A stretch of 64,000 nt of DNA from Ascidiella aspersa (lineage: Eukaryota). The stretch lies in contig OZ004613.1 in assembly GCA_963924565.1 (NCBI GenBank), positions 13,578,001 through 13,642,000 of the forward strand. The letters run 5' to 3'. The translations under genes and the position numbers were made by a program. Below are positions 62,112-64,000 of this stretch, in pieces (position 1 is the first letter of the stretch; every line of letters begins with the position of its first letter). The notes beneath the pieces are model-generated. The model did not search any database, was not told where the DNA came from, and was given only the letters and a program-made list of their open reading frames with translations.

Positions 62112-64000
62112 GAAAAACTGTGAACCGCCCCGTTAAAACACTAAACCTGATTTCCATAAAGGTAAAATATGATACACAAAGTACACACCCATACGTTGTA
62201 CAAAAGCGATTACGTATTTTGGTTCTCACGAAAAATGTAGACGACTCGAGTTTGTCTCTTCATTGAAGCACTTAGCGACTGTCGATTTTTAGGGCCTTGG
62301 TAATATATGAGGGGCTGAGGGCGCAAAGACGACTCGCTATCAGATACACTCTGACCATAGTCGTAGTTTCGCAAATTGGTCATGAAATCTTTACTACGGC
62401 GTATATCTCACAAAAATCAAAGCGAAATCGCTTTCGCCAGGAGACGAGGCTGCCAGTTAGCGCTAGCGCTTTACTTTCTTTGCCGACAGAGCGCAACAAA
62501 ACAATTTCGGGTTCGAGGGGCTGTCAGCCCCAGCTTCCTGTCACCCACACTATGTCGTGCCTGGGGGTTTGTGGGAAAGGGGGGCGTAGGACCTGCCCAG
62601 CCCAAGCACAAGCTACGTATAGGGCTGGTTCTGGGCAGTTTATCACGCGACACGATAACGCTGTCAGAGCGGATCGGACAGGGTTTTGGTTTTGCGGCGC
62701 GAAATCAATTGCGCCTCTGGCTTTTCTCCGCCGCAAAGCGACCGCTTAATCCCCAGCGATTCGATGCGGACAAAAGCCACAGCCCCTCGCGCAAAATTGC
62801 TGGCACCAGCGGGCTTAATTCAACATGCGACGGCGGCCTTTCATTTCGAGATGCCCTTTTGCGTCTGGTCTTTTTTGTCGCGAGCGCATGCTACGTCACA
62901 ATTGGCGAGGCGGCGGGGGCAAACATTAAACAAGCGCGAGCGTGGGTGCCTCGTACGCACACAAGGGGAGCGCGCATACGGCGAGGCCATTACGCTAGAT
63001 CGCGCTACCATTGTTGCTGCATTCTGCGAAATAGGCCTTCTTATATAGAGACCGCCCCGGCAATCGTAGGTAAATAAATATAGGGCCTGAGCGCGGCGTT
63101 CGTTTGATGCCCAACGCCCCCATTTTCCGCCTGACAGGCCTGTGTAATCGCGCACCCCTCTCCCCGGGCCGTTGTCCCTCACCCCCGCTAATGGCGCCTG
63201 AACCCCTCTATAATCCGGGCGCTTAATCGGAACCGATTGCCGTCGAAATGGATTTCTTTCGTGTCCCGCTTAAGAGCTGGCCTTTTGTTGAACGCACAAC
63301 ATCGTAAGCGGTACTTTGCAGCAGGGAGAGTGCTTTGTTACACCCCTCTCTCTCCACTGCGTTCTTGTCATTCGAACCGCACGTAAATGGCATAGTTGTA
63401 CATCTTTTCAAGGGGCCATTGCAGCAATGCAACGCATCTAACACAATATATGGAAGACGGTTGATGCACAATGTTAACTTTGAATGCGCCCTGTTGCTTT
63501 AAATCTGACTTGACAGTAATGCTTTTTCGTTCCGTTAGCATCAAGTTTTGATATAATCCACTACCATTATTAGCAGACGCTAATCAGTAATACGACAAAG
63601 TGTAGAGATATTAAAATTGCCAAACATTAAACACCATGAGAAATAAGCTCGCTCTGACTGTGCTTTGAACAAAATCAATTTTCAAAAACAAATCTTTATT
63701 TACTCGCGCGCGTTTTCGTTAGCCCACATCAACAACCACCCAGCAAGATGGGGACAATACTTCTTCTGCACGCTTAACGTCCAGGGCGAATAGACAATCG
63801 GCGCTTTTACCCTAGGTCGAGGTCACGAGCGAAATTGCAATTCGTGACGAGTAAGGAGTGTTTAGGAGCTGTCATCCCGAGTGAACGCTCCTTGAAGGGA
63901 AAGAGACAAAGCGCGAGCAAATTGAGATGTTCCCGAATAAACCAAAACCTGGCGGTTGTACAAGCTAGATAGCACGGGATAAACAGCAGCGACTGTACAG

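Noticed and set aside
62297-63182. 233-aa, 150-aa and overlapping ORFs
   Set aside because: No recognisable domain; open in several frames on both strands, as expected for GC-rich non-coding DNA.

Overview
AT-rich, intron-dense eukaryotic DNA from an invertebrate animal. An ascidian or other tunicate is my inference from gene style, not proven. Four spliced genes could be reconstructed by hand. (1) A complete 9-exon CYP2-clan cytochrome P450 (+, 2345-11439, 482 aa) with an atypical I-helix. (2) A convergent SLC17/sialin-like MFS transporter (-, about 12739-20585; 5' end uncertain) with a GC-AG intron. (3) A small 3-exon gene absent from the ORF track (-, 29565-31574, 79 aa). It encodes a signal peptide, an extremely Arg-rich core (YRRRRRRRTPRRRRF-G) and an acidic propiece, the layout of tunicate host-defence peptide precursors; this is the most novel item. 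(4) A MACIT-type collagen (XIII/XXIII/XXV-like; -, about 33532-51433) of about 30 tiny exons, with 8- and 15-nt microexons, two apparently mutually exclusive 90-nt exons, alternative C-termini, and a candidate signal-peptide first exon at 62015-62111. Introns and intergenic DNA carry many non-autonomous hAT-like elements and MITEs (several nested), minisatellites and one 425-nt assembly gap.
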